Positions 1-12,015 of a stretch of 64,000 bases of DNA are shown piece by piece (position 1 is the first letter of the stretch; every line of letters begins with the position of its first letter). Where the stretch lies: NCBI RefSeq assembly GCF_037042905.1, contig NC_087251.1, forward strand, positions 47,370,001 through 47,434,000. The letters are read 5' to 3'. The notes under the pieces were generated by a model. The model was not told where the DNA came from. It saw only the letters and a program-made list of their open reading frames with translations, and made no database searches. A program made the translations under genes and the position numbers. The stretch is from Lytechinus pictus (taxonomy: Eukaryota).

Positions 1-669
1 TAAGAATTATCCTAAGTGCCTCAACATTCATGAGTCATGTTCGAGTGGGGTAGATAAGTCATTTTTGGGGTTTTAAAATAGTGCCCTTTTCGAAAAAAAA
101 GGTGCCATTTTTTCCCTGTGCCGCCTATTTTCAACTTCGCTCCGCCGCCCCTGTTATCAGGTCATACAAAAAATGAAGGTTAATAAACCCTATATACTGA
201 TAATGAGTCCCACTGTGTATGACACAGTGTGGAACACAATTAAAAAAAAAAACCTTCACAATGTCACAGTGTGAATCACTTATTCACATGGTTGACCGTG
301 TGAACACGCCGTGAACCGTCACACTGTCGAGGTGTCCACGGTGTAAACATATCTTCACACTGTTGAATTTGAGCAATTTAACAGTGTGAGTCCACTTTGT
401 GAACACACTGTGATCATACTTGTTGATTGCAGCAGGGATTGCAATTGCATCATAATCTTTATTTAAATACAATATGATTCATGATTACACATATAGGCCT
501 AACTATCGAGTTCGCTTCGCGCGCTCAAGGGACTTACACTATTTTGTATCCTGCCCAACCTCCCCCCCCCCCCACCTCCCCTCCCATTCCGTGACCCACT
601 GTACGCCACTATTGGCGGAGACATCCACTGTAAAAAAAAAAAAAAAAAAACCGACGGATAGTAGGCCTG

Positions 670-795
670 TGGTCCGTTGCAGAAAGAGTTGCGTTTAAGC
701 GCAAGTCAAAAATTCAATTGCAAGTCCCAAATGCGCGCTGTTGATTGGTTGAAAATCAAGTTGCGATTGATTGCAACTCTTTCTGCAACGGGCCC
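670..795. mobile_element. Small palindromic MITE, PIF/Harbinger-like
   Basis: Inverted arms ccgttgcagaaagagttgc / gcaactctttctgcaacgg, flanked by ctg and cag (CWG-type 3-bp target). Similar ends at ~10625, ~17256, ~38320, ~61437. Confidence 0.65.
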
Positions 796-1309
796 CAGGT
801 CCATTGTAATATGCACATGGGGCGAATAAAAAAAGAGCGCACAATGGCGGGAAATTTGAATAGGTGTGCAGGCGAGGGTGAATGAATTTTGCCGACATCC
901 TGACATTTGGAGGAAGCAGACGTGTTTTTGGTTGCTCCTACTTTTGGATAATTATTTCGGGAAATATCATATCTCTGCCATTAAAGTTTACATCACCCGA
1001 TAGCGGACAGTGTGCTGACTAGGAAGGAGCTTGTTATATATCCTTAAACAAATTATCCTTGGAGTAATTGAGGAATTTCCGAAAAAATCTTCAACTTTTT
1101 CTGACGAAAATCAGTGGATTTTTGTCATCAGACGCGCAAAAACAAAAACAAGTTGCCATGGAACCAGTTGCAACTCAAGGCCTACGCAGAGACCTTTGTT
1201 ACTGTGCGCCGTGAAATTTCCAACATTGCGCCATTCTGTACAAACTTTTGATTACGTCATATCGCGTCTTTTTTAACGTTATTTCTCTTTATTTCGTCAC
1301 AATCAAATA

Positions 1310-2554
1310 ATGGCAACACTAGTAAACATTGAACAATTCAGGGTTAAAGAACTCCGAGCAGAACTAAGTAAGTTAGGACTGGAGAAAAGCGGGGTGAAGG
1401 CAACGCTCATCTCTCGACTAAAAAGAGCAATGGACGCAGAAAAGGCCACAATCGCTGGTAATGGAAGAGAGGAGTCGGTTACTAATAAGCGAGAGAATGT
1501 TACTTGTGATGATCGATCGGTTAGGCCTATCCTACTCGAAATCTTGGACATTGTCAAAAACATCGACAACAGACTCAAGCGACTGGAAGCACAGAAAGAC
1601 GTCCGTGACGCCTCAACCTCCACCATCGTTGTGGAAGACTGTCATAGCAGTCTTCACATGGACGATGCATTTGTACAACAGGCAACATCAGTCGAAGAAG
1701 AATCGAGCATCCTACAATCATCATCAAACATTCAACTTCCAACTGTGAATTCAAGAGAATTTGTATCCAACATTCCAACTAGCAATCGTTTCGAGATTCT
1801 TGGGGTGGAGGGCGAAGCAAATGGAGCAGAATCATCGGATTGCGTCAGTGAGTGGAGACGGGTCGGGGTCAACCAACGCCAGAGACGTAAGGAGCACGAC
1901 GTGCTACTTTTAGGAGATTCGATGTTGAAGAACATTGATGGTCGTCGCCTGGCAAGCAAAATGAAAGTGAGATGTCGTTCCGTTCCCGGTGCCAGGTCCG
2001 AAGACATTCTGACATGTTTATCTAACGAGTGTGCCGACATCGTTCGAGGAGGTACCGTTATTGTGCATGTCGGTACAAACAACATCAAGGATGGTCCCAA
2101 CTATCTACACAACAAGATCGTGGACGTAGGAAATATTGCTTCCAGAAAGGGGCTGAAGGTCATCCTATCTGGCATCATCCATAGACGATGGGAGTCGCGG
2201 TACCAAGAGAGGAGGATCGACTTCGTCAACTCCACCTTGAGGGATTCTGCGAGGCGAAACTCATGGGGGTTCGTCATCAATGACAACATCGGCGAGCAAC
2301 ACCTAGGTCGTGATGGGGTCCACCTTAACAAAATTGGCCAGGGTATCTTCGCAGCAAACATCCGCCGTGTCTTACCAAACCAGAAGCATCGACGTCCAAA
2401 CTTCTTTGATGGAAGGTCCTATGCTGACGTAGCTGCTCCTACGACCAACTTACACGGAAATGTCAGAAGGCATGGTGAGACAACCAGATCGAGGACTTCG
2501 ACAAGAGAGTGGCAGGACTATTTACTATTAGTGAGATCATTACTTAATGGTTAA
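1310..2554 (+). CDS. LINE ORF1p: SAP domain + coiled coil + SGNH/GDSL esterase
   Basis: 414-aa open ORF. SAP-like FRVKELRAELSKLGLEKSGVKATLISRL; heptad LLEILDIVKNIDNRLKRLE; SNRFEIL motif; SGNH blocks LLGDSM, VPGA, HVGTNNI, DGVH all intact. Confidence 0.9.
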   Translation: MATLVNIEQFRVKELRAELSKLGLEKSGVKATLISRLKRAMDAEKATIAGNGREESVTNKRENVTCDDRSVRPILLEILDIVKNIDNRLKRLEAQKDVRDASTSTIVVEDCHSSLHMDDAFVQQATSVEEESSILQSSSNIQLPTVNSREFVSNIPTSNRFEILGVEGEANGAESSDCVSEWRRVGVNQRQRRKEHDVLLLGDSMLKNIDGRRLASKMKVRCRSVPGARSEDILTCLSNECADIVRGGTVIVHVGTNNIKDGPNYLHNKIVDVGNIASRKGLKVILSGIIHRRWESRYQERRIDFVNSTLRDSARRNSWGFVINDNIGEQHLGRDGVHLNKIGQGIFAANIRRVLPNQKHRRPNFFDGRSYADVAAPTTNLHGNVRRHGETTRSRTSTREWQDYLLLVRSLLNG

Positions 2555-2587
2555 GTACATGTATCTCCATATATACCTATTTGATTG

Positions 2588-5500
2588 ATGGAAGAATATG
2601 ATACTATGATGGCAAAGATGGAAATGGGAAATTTTGATTTATATAACAGATCAATTGACCTGGTGAGTTCTGTGTTTATGCACGACTTTACCTGCAAAAC
2701 GATTTGTTATGAAAAAATAAACTTCGGAATGATATATCCCAAATTGTACTTTTATTATTTTCAAAACAAAATCCCTTCCATAGAATTAATGAATACGGAA
2801 GTGACCAAAATCATTGTTTTCCTTCTCTTATTATTGTCTGGTGATATTGAATCAAACCCAGGCCCAAAATTTAAGTTTCCATGTGGAAACTGTGAAAAAC
2901 CAGTAAAATCAAATCAGTGCGGCCTTCTTTGTTCCACTTGTAAAAGATGGTATCATATTCACTGTCAAGAAATAAGCCTGGAAATATATTCAAATCTATA
3001 TTTGAGCCCCGATGAGGAATGGTTTTGTTCAACCTGTTTTTTACCATCTTTCTGTGAATCTTTATTTGACGACTACAATAATACTATTGTAAACTGTGAG
3101 AAAGAAATTCGGGTACCCGAAAACATTCCAGAGCCAAATTTACAACAACAAAACTCGAAGGATTCAAGTTTACTTTATCAAGATTTTGAAAACATATTTG
3201 CTGTAAAAGGCCTTCACTTTGTACATCTAAATGTTAGATCTATTCTACCAAAAATTTCAGAACTTCGAATTCTTTTTAAGAGAAAGAATCTTGCAGTCAT
3301 TGCTTTCACAGAAACATGGCTAAATAACTCGGTGAACGATGAAGAAATCAATATAGATGGATACAAAGTACTACGCAATGATAGATTATCAGGCTCTGGG
3401 GGTGGTGTATGTTTTTATGTCCGAAATGATATTGCATTCAATATCATAGATGTTTTAAGTACAGGTGATTCTGAATCACTGTGGATTAATTTGCTTCTAC
3501 CAAGATCAAAACCAATTATTGCTGGCGTCATTTATAGGCCTCCGAAAAGCAATCAATTTATTGAGAAGATGTCAAATATTCTCGATATATTAAAGAAAGA
3601 TGATGAAATTATACTTTTAGGCGATATGAATGTTTGTCTTTTTCAGAAATCTCCACTGGCTAAAAAATATACTGACTTATTGAGTCTTCATGGATTTAGC
3701 CAACTCATCAAAGATGCAACCCGTGTCACTCACACATGTTCTTCTTTATTGGACCATGTGATTTGTAATAACGAACAAAAAATAAGTCAAAGTGGTGTTA
3801 TTGATCTTGGTATAAGTGACCATTCTTTTACTTTCTGTACACGAAAGAAAATTAGGCTGGCTATAGGTGTTCACAGAACCACTGATATCAGATCGTTGAA
3901 AAAATATAGCGAAGAATCTTTCAATCTTAAACTGTCTGCCGTTGATTGGTCAGATTTAACCCAATGCACTGACGTAAATAAGGCTTGGTCAGTTTTTCAA
4001 AATACTTTTATTTCAACGTTGAATATGATAGCGCCTCAAAAACGGATTAGAATTAAACAGAGATCAGAAAACTGGATGACTAAAGATATTATTTCTCTTA
4101 TTCGAGAAAGAAATGTGGCGTATAAAAAAATGAAGAAAAATCTAAGTGATCAGGATTATGACACGCTTTCCAAAAGATACAAGAAATTAAGAAATATGGT
4201 TCAAAGAGAGGTGAAAAAGGCCAAATTAGAATACCTACAAAATAAAATAGAAGAAAATAAAAATGATTCTAAAAGACTTTGGCAGAATCTAAAAAGTTTG
4301 GGATTAAAAAAGAAAAATGGAAAGGACCAAGAATTAGTCGTTTCAATTGACGGAGAATTATGTCATGATAAGATAACTATTTCCAATGAATTCAATTCCT
4401 ATTTTACAAATGTCGCAGCTACGTTGGTAGATAAACTTCCATCTTGCAAAGACATTTTCAGTGCAGACAGTGAAAACATTCGTAAATTTTATGAAAAAAA
4501 GGGTATAAGCCAAGATAAATTTGAATTATTACCTGTTAGTGATCAATTCATTTTTAATGAGTTGCGTAAATTAAATGTATCAAAAAGCACTGGGTTAGAT
4601 TTGATACCTGCTAAATTTCTAAAAGAAGGAGCAAAGAGTTTGTACAAACCATTAAATTTCTTAATAAATCTATCTATCTTTACTAGCACTTTCCCAGAGG
4701 ATATGAAAATTGCAAAAGTAACTCCTATTCATAAGAAGAAAGATAAAACTGCTGTTGAAAACTATAGACCTATCAGTGTTTTAAGCATAGTATCCAAAAT
4801 TCTAGAAAAGGCGGTATGTGTTCAGATCGAAAAATATTTTAAAGAAAATGATATGATTTACGAATATCAGTCAGGTTTTCGACATGACTATTCGACTGAG
4901 ACATGCCTTATTCACTTGACTGATTATCTGAGAACAAATATGTCTAAGGGACAATTCGTTGGGATGGTACTCCTAGATCTTCAAAAAGCATTTGATACAG
5001 TTAATCACGGCATCTTATTGAAAAAATTACAAATAATGGGTTTTAACCAGGCTACTGTAGCATGGTTCAAATCCTACTTGTCGAATCGACATCAAGTAGT
5101 GGCTATTCGCGATATTTGTTCCAAAATTATGCCTATAACGTGTGGAGTTCCACAGGGAAGTATTTTAGGCCCAATCCTATTTTCAACTTATATCAATGAC
5201 ATGCCTATTTGTTTAAAAGCTGACTGTAAATTATTATTGTATGCAGATGATAGCGTACTACTTTGTTCAAATGCCAACCCAAAATTTGTTGAGGAAAAAC
5301 TTAGCGAACAGCTGTCTACATGTGTCGATTGGATGACTGATAATAGATTATCGTTACACTTAGGCAAAACCGAAAGCATTCTGTTTTGTTCTAAAAGTAA
5401 TCATAAAACTTCATTTGAATTTGAAGTATCATACAATAATAAGATAATTCATAGGAAAGAATCTGTAAAGTATTTAGGCATTGAGTTGACTAGCTCCCTT

Positions 5501-6108
5501 TCATTTTCATCTTTAGTAGAATCAATCGTAAAAAGGGCGAATGCCCGTTTGAAATTTTTGTACAGGTATCAAAGTTGTATGGATCAAAAAGCAAGGCGTA
5601 TTCTCTGTTTGCTCTTATTCAGAGTTTATTTGACTATGCCAACCCTGCTTGGTTTAGTGGCATAAGCGAACTCGATAAAAAGAAGTTGAAAATTATACAG
5701 AATAAAATGGTTAGATTCATTAGCTGTTCTGGTCCCAGAACCCATGTTGGCTACACCGAACTCTCTGGAGCAGGTTTTCTTGAAGTCAACAAAAGATCAA
5801 AACAGCTTATTTTGCACCACGTGCATAAAATCTATCACAATAGATCGAATCATTACATTGGATCAAACTTTAATCTAGTTACCGAAATACATAACTATAA
5901 TACAAGAAACAGCCATTTCAATTTTTGCTTACCAGAAAGGGTAGGTAGTATTGGTAACTCATTTTATTACAATGCTATAAAACATTGGAATTCCCTTCCC
6001 AATGATATAAAGGAAATAGGAAACTTTTTGCATTTTAAGAGGAAATTGAAAGAATATCTTTCACTTGAGAGTCAAAAAGAAGATGCAAATGATATGTTGT
6101 ACGGTTGA
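2588..6108 (+). CDS. LINE ORF2p: 2A-like peptide, PHD finger, APE endonuclease, reverse transcriptase; single frameshift at ~5609
   Basis: LLLLSGDIESNPGP; PHD CGNC..CSTCKRWYHIHC..WFCSTC; APE motifs HLNVRS, TETWL, YRPP, GDMN, LDH, SDH; RT motifs NYRPIS, QSGFR, DLQKAFD, GVPQGSILGP, YADD, YLG. The C-terminus (FALIQSLFDYA...WNSLP) continues in the 5575..6108 frame. Confidence 0.92.
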
Positions 6109-6529
6109 TTTAGCCTGAATACTGACCTAGTTCTTTTCTCTTCTCTACTAGGTATTATTATGTATTTTACATAGTTTGATTGAAGCTTCGATATGTCCTT
6201 TCTTCTATTCTTTCTATTTCTTTTATTTCTTCCTATTCTCCTCTTCTTGTTGTTATTGTCGTCACGTTTATGCTGTTGTTCTTCTCCTTATTTATTTCCC
6301 TTCGTTATCAGTTTCTTCCGTCTCCTTCTACTCCTCGTCCCCTCTCTTCTTCTGTTCCTCCTCTTCCTTCTCCTTCTTTTCTTCTTCTTCTTCGTTATAT
6401 TCTTGTATATATCTTATTTATTGTCTATATATCTTATTTATTGGTAATAGTAAATTCTGATTTTTTTCTTCATTTTTAATATGTAAATAGTATAATTTTA
6501 ACATTTTATTATCTTAATTCTGTATATTG

Positions 6530-6574
6530 AGGACCCCACTGGAAATAAGCTTTCGAGCTTTCGTGGGTCATCCT
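6530..6574 (+). other. LINE 3' UTR recognition stem-loop
   Basis: Outer pairing ggaccccac / gtgggtc(a)tcct with an inner hairpin aagct-TTCG-agctt, ~55 nt upstream of the poly(A) signal and microsatellite tail. Confidence 0.65.
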
Positions 6575-8814
6575 GTGCAAGCCTGTTGTTTTAATGCTAC
6601 TGTATATATGTTATGGTGACTTGCCAAATAAAATCAATCAATCAATCAATCAGTTAACAAAAACAAAAAATGGCACAAATACCGAGAGAAGGAAGGATGT
6701 CTGACTACAACGACCGTAGATTTTGAACAGAGGAAAAACGGAAGACATCCTAGATATTTTTAATTCCATACAGTATGAGAGGAAAAGATGGAAACTTCAG
6801 GAACTGCTTTCGAACATTGGTTTGGTGATAACCAGGTAAGTGAAATGATTATCGACATAAACAGTTTTAAAGCTTTTAGAACCTTTGGAACATTTCTCAA
6901 AAGAAAAACGTGTTTGCCAACGCGTAGTACTGTCTAATGAGGTCGAGGATTAAAAGCGTTCGTGTTTGTCAATATTAATAATTATAAAGTGTATGTATCA
7001 TATAGTATGTTAAGAAAACCTACAAGCGTAGATCAACATTACTACCAAATGACATTGCCAAAACAGTTCCACCATTTTGAATAAGGGGTTACTTATTCTT
7101 AAACACATATGCCCACTAGTGTACACAATGTCTAATGGGAGAGGAAATCAAATTTTAACAAAAGTGGTAAAAGGGTTTGCTTCACGGACGGTTTTTGTTA
7201 CTTCTGCCATCAGTTTTTTTCATGAAACTTCGCACATGGCTTCAGAGTGACACTATCCAAAAGGTGCGCACACCAAAATAATAATTTGATACGGTACAAA
7301 GTGGGGCCAAGGCCTTGAACTTTCTGCTTATTTGCATAATTTACGAATATTGTGAGCTCACTGAAGCATTATCGGGATTTTTACAAAAATCAAATCAAAT
7401 GAGCTATGCAAGGAGGTTTGTGACAGATATCCGTAGTAAGCAATTGCATTTTTCCCAATAACGTTAAAAAGAGCTAATCACATTCCACATGTTCATTCAG
7501 GCGTGAATGTTTAATTAAATGCCTTTGAATCATAATTGAAGCATTTTAATTGGTCATGAATATAACGAAAAAAGTTGATAAGATAATTTTAGTTCCCAAA
7601 ATGAAACAATACTTTGCCTATGATATTTGAAAATTTTATTTTTGTTTTCATCAAATGTTCATTGAACCGTGAAATGATGAATTTTATTGAAGATACTCTT
7701 CCAAAAAATAAATGTCGTCATATTCAATCATTTTATCAACAGAAATGTGTAAAAAAAATCCATTTATAGCAAATTTTGACTTATGTTTTGCAACCGTGAA
7801 ATTTTTCCAAAAAAAGTTGTATTGCCTTTTAGAAAGCAGCTTTCACAAACCTTCTGTCGTTTTTTCATGATAATGTGGAATTCGTTCCAACAAAATGAAA
7901 TCAAAGTCATGACGGTGCTCACTGAAGCATGACATAAAATGCGTCCGTAACATTCACTTAAAGTGTAGCATATAAAATTACCTACACACTCATGTAAAAA
8001 TATATTCAAATCTCCCAGTGGTTCGGAAATTATGAATGTTTGTTTAAGGGGGGGGACTTACTTTTTTGTGGTGTATAGTATAGCATATAGGGATGGACCA
8101 ATATGCAAACATGATTTTATGGAGTATTTAAGCCTTATTATTTAACATTTAGGACATTTTGAGGTAAGTTTTGAGCAGGTTTAGCGATGTCTGTGATAAT
8201 AATAATGCTAATAAAGAATATATTACGGTAATGGTCTTTAGAAGAAATGCTGTTTCGGTTTTTTTTTTTTTTTTTTTTGTTATTGTTGTTGTCCTACCTA
8301 ACAAGGGCAAGATTATGATTATGACTTTTCGTTGAATTAGGTTTCTTTTTAATATGAAGATGATGAATCATCATAGATGAGGAATTTCAGCAGTGATATG
8401 GGTCTCGATCCTCGCCAATATATTTCAGGTTTGCCTGTGTGGGGGGGGGGGGCTGAAGAGTAACCCTAATATGTATAGTAGAAGATTGTAAATGAATCAT
8501 ATAATAAGTATAGTCATGATGATGATGTAGAAGATGATGATTATGATTAACATACGTAGTGGTGATTATCGTATATAGGTCTAAGCACGCTGACTATCAT
8601 TTATGCTTGTCTCGTATGACCCCCTTTTTTACTGAATGAATTAAACAATTCTTTTCAGAAACAGATGTATGGGGAAAGAAAAGGTATATGATGAAATAGA
8701 ATGAAGTAATCATGTCTTCTAATTTGCAAGACGTTATATTTAAAAAATTACCCCTATTGTTGTAATCAAGCGCATGGGGTGCCCCCCCCCCATTTATTTT
8801 ACCACCTTTTATAA

Positions 8815-9406
8815 AGGTCAAGTCCACCCCAGAAAAAAAATGATTTAAATAAATAGAGAAAAATCAACATGAATATAACGCTGAAAACTTCATCAAAATC
8901 AGATGTAAAATAAGAAAGTTATGACATTTTAAAGCTTCGCTTATTTTTCACAAAACAGTTCTATGCTCAACTCAGTGATATGCGAATGACAGGTATGATG
9001 ATGTCACTATTTCTTTTGTTTTTTATTGTTTGAATTATACAATATTTCAATTTTCAAGAATTTGACAATTATGACCCCCTTGCTTGAACCATAAAATGTT
9101 AAAATAATGGAATTCCACGTGTTCAGGGAGGAATGAAATTTTGTTACACATGACAATGACGAGAAAATCAAAATATTTCATATTTCATATAATAAAATAC
9201 AAAAGAAATAGTGAGTGGGTGATGTCATCGGTCCCTTCATTTGCATACCGAACAGGATGTGCATTTAACTGTTTTGAGAAATTAGGCGAAACTTTAAAAT
9301 GTTATAACTTTTTTATTTTACATCCGATTTTGATGAAATTTTCAGAGTTATGCTTGGTTTTTCTCTGTCTATTCAAATCAGCTTTTTGGTGGGGTGGACT
9401 TGTCCT
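8815..9406. mobile_element. Palindromic T2/Kolobok-type MITE (family A, copy 1)
   Basis: AGGTCAAGTCCACCCC ... GGGGTGGACTTGTCCT termini, long internal inverted symmetry, degenerate TTAA flanks. Confidence 0.8.
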
Positions 9407-10019
9407 TTACTTGTTGTTGTAAATATTCTTAATTCAGGTTAAGATGTAGAGGTAAGTGGAGAATATACAAAAGAAATGATAACTAAATTTCAAAAGTGGT
9501 TATAACGGGAAAAAACAAAACCAACAAGAGTCCTTGAAATTGCCATTTTTTCAAGTCATATAAAAATTCAAACTCGCAATTCGCGCTCGCATTGTTGAAC
9601 TAGTAAATATCAATTCATATTTCTTTAGTATTTGCAATGTGGTATATGATGTAAAATAAGAGGATAAGATACAAGAAGAAGTGAGAATTGGAATTAAAAA
9701 GTGGTTACACATTGGAAAGAACAATGGAAAACCGACGATTATCTTCAAAATGCCCCATTTCCATTTAATTGTTAGGGCCTATACATCTTATGAAAGAGTG
9801 TTTTAATATAAAGAAATGATAACAGTTTCTGTAAAATATTCACTCTTGGAAATTACTGTTCACAGAAAAAAAGGATATCTTTATTTTGATGACCCCCCCC
9901 CCCCCCTGCCTGTATTTTGGCATGTACCTGGATTGTATGAATTATGTGCCACACAGAAATGACAAATGATTTTGGATAACATGTAGCAAAAGAGGATACA
10001 CTGTTTTCTTGTTAAGGAG

Positions 10020-10284
10020 CATTAGCGTAACTACGGGGAGGCAGACTGTCCCTCTGACGGGTCACAACCCATGGAAGGGACGTATCTCTGCCCCCCCCCC
10101 TGACGAGTTTGAAATTGAAGACCTTTTTTCTTTTTCTTTTTTTTTCTTTTTTTGCTTTTCAAATATTTTTCTGGTGCGAAATGTCCTTTATATCCTGTTG
10201 AGGACCTTTTTTTTTGCTTGTCAAATTTTTTTCGCGGGCAATTTTTGCCCCCCCCCCCTTTGGAAAATCCTAGGTACGCCACTG
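10020..10284 (-). mobile_element. hAT-type MITE (CAGTGGCGTA family)
   Basis: Ends cattagcgta / tacgccactg; 8-bp TSD ttaaggag / ataaggag; homologous to 48574-48826 in the opposite orientation. Confidence 0.75.
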
Positions 10285-10624
10285 ATAAGGAGCTATGATT
10301 GTTTATAAATACATTATTTTCTAGTCAGCCAGCATACACTATCATTGATTCTGTTAATATCTGATTAGGGTTGGAAAATCAAATTTGATTTAAAAAAAAT
10401 CTTCTTTTTTGTGTTGGGTGATTAACTTAAGTATTTTCATCAATTTTATCAACCTTAACAGGATTAGAGACAAGCTCTGATAACTTGGAGGAAGACGTTC
10501 GGGATAAGATGGACAATATTGTTCATAATGATGATGGAGATCGAGGTCGAGAGCATTGACGTTCCCATAGATCCAGGTGATGAAGAACATGAACACGGTT
10601 ACCCGAATTGTAACTTGCTCTCCT

Positions 10625-11552
10625 GGGGCCCGTTACATACAACTACATGTATTCACTGTAAAAATGTTGTTAAAAAAAATAGCATATTGTTTATGGTCGT
10701 CACTCTAACAACTATTGTTTAAATTTTGTAAACAAGTTGTTTAAAAAGTTTAATGAATATCAAGGAAGCCCTTCGTAATTTAAAGGACAAGTCCACCCAA
10801 ACAAAATGTTGATTTGAATAAAAAGAGAAAAATCCAACAAGCAAAACACTGAAAATTTCATCAAAATCGGATGTAAAATGAGAAGGTTATGACATTTTAA
10901 AGTTAATTAATCAATTTCACAAAACATTTATATGCACATCCTGGTCGGTATGCAAATGAGGGGACTGATGACATCACTATTTCTTTTGTATTTTATTATA
11001 TGAAATATGAATATTATTCAAATTTTCTCATTTTCCTGTGAAACGAAGTTTTATTCCTCCCTGAACATGTGGTATTACCATTGTTATAACATCTTATGGT
11101 TCAGTTAAGTTGGTCCTTGATGTCAAATTGGTAAAAATTGAAATATTGTATAATTCAAAAAATAAAAAACAAAAGAAATAGTGAGTGATGGACATCATCA
11201 ACTCTCTCATTTGCATACCACTGAGTTGTGTATATAACTGTTTTGTGAAAAATAAGCGAAACTTTAAAATGTCATAACTAACTTAATTTACATCCGATTT
11301 TGATCAAATTTTCAGCATTATGCTTGTTTGATTTTTCTCCATTTATTCAAATCAACATTTTTCTGGGGTGGACTTGACCTTTAAACAATTGTTTTAAATA
11401 ATTGTTTAAACTATCGGGCTTAACTTTTTTACAGTATGGTAACTTTGTCATTATGGTAACAGGGCTCAGCAGCCCATCACAATCAAGGTTAACATGGAAG
11501 TTACATTAATGACAAAGTTATAACAGTTGTAACTCTTTATGAAACGGGCTCC
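10625..11552. mobile_element. Harbinger-like MITE containing a nested CACTG-ended MITE (10654-11436)
   Basis: Outer ends ggggcccgttacata / tatgaaacgggctcc; inner ends cactgtaaaaa / ttttttacagta. Confidence 0.6.
10784..11380. mobile_element. Palindromic T2/Kolobok-type MITE (family A, copy 2)
   Basis: TTAA|AGGACAAGTCCACCC ... GGGGTGGACTTGACCT|TTAA; perfect TTAA on both sides. Confidence 0.88.
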
Positions 11553-12015
11553 TTGTCTTATCCATTCGAGTCTGATAATGGAGAATCATCAATCAAGTAA
11601 CGATTAAACTTTGAAAGAACATTCTATTGAGATTCTACACCACCATCAATGCGGCCTGATCAGTAACCGGATTTCACCAATTCAATTCAATTCAATTCAA
11701 TTCATTTTATTGTCATGTATAAAAACACAAAAATTGTCCTCGGACTCATTTCTTAACAAAAAGTGCATTAAACAAAAAAAATAATAATAATCATTCACAA
11801 ACTATAAATACAATACATCAAAATAATACATACATGTAGTATAAATATATAAATATATTGCGTCGATCAAGGGGGGGGGTGCATGCCCCTCATTACGATA
11901 TTTAGGGGAACAAACATATCGATCCCCCCAATGATTTTTACTACTTAAAAAAAAAAAAAAATGCAATGCAAATATTATGTTTTAGAAAGCATTATAAGTA
12001 CTATAAAATCATTAA

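Larger units (their letters stand above)
838..6651 (+). mobile_element. Near full-length non-LTR retrotransposon, CR1/L2 group (Crack/Daphne-like)
   Basis: Two tandem ORFs (ORF1 esterase-type; ORF2 PHD-APE-RT), pyrimidine-rich 3' UTR, 3' stem-loop 6530-6574, AATAAA 6627-6632 and (AATC)5 tail ending 6651. 5' boundary approximate; no clear TSD. Confidence 0.93.

Noticed and set aside
6176..6479. Hydrophobic membrane-protein-like ORFs
   Set aside because: Pyrimidine-rich low-complexity LINE 3' UTR, open in all three frames by composition.
6660..8080. Tc1/Sola-like DNA element ending in gacttacttttttgtggtgtata
   Set aside because: Looks like one transposon end, but I could not find the matching inverted end or a transposase, so it is not called.
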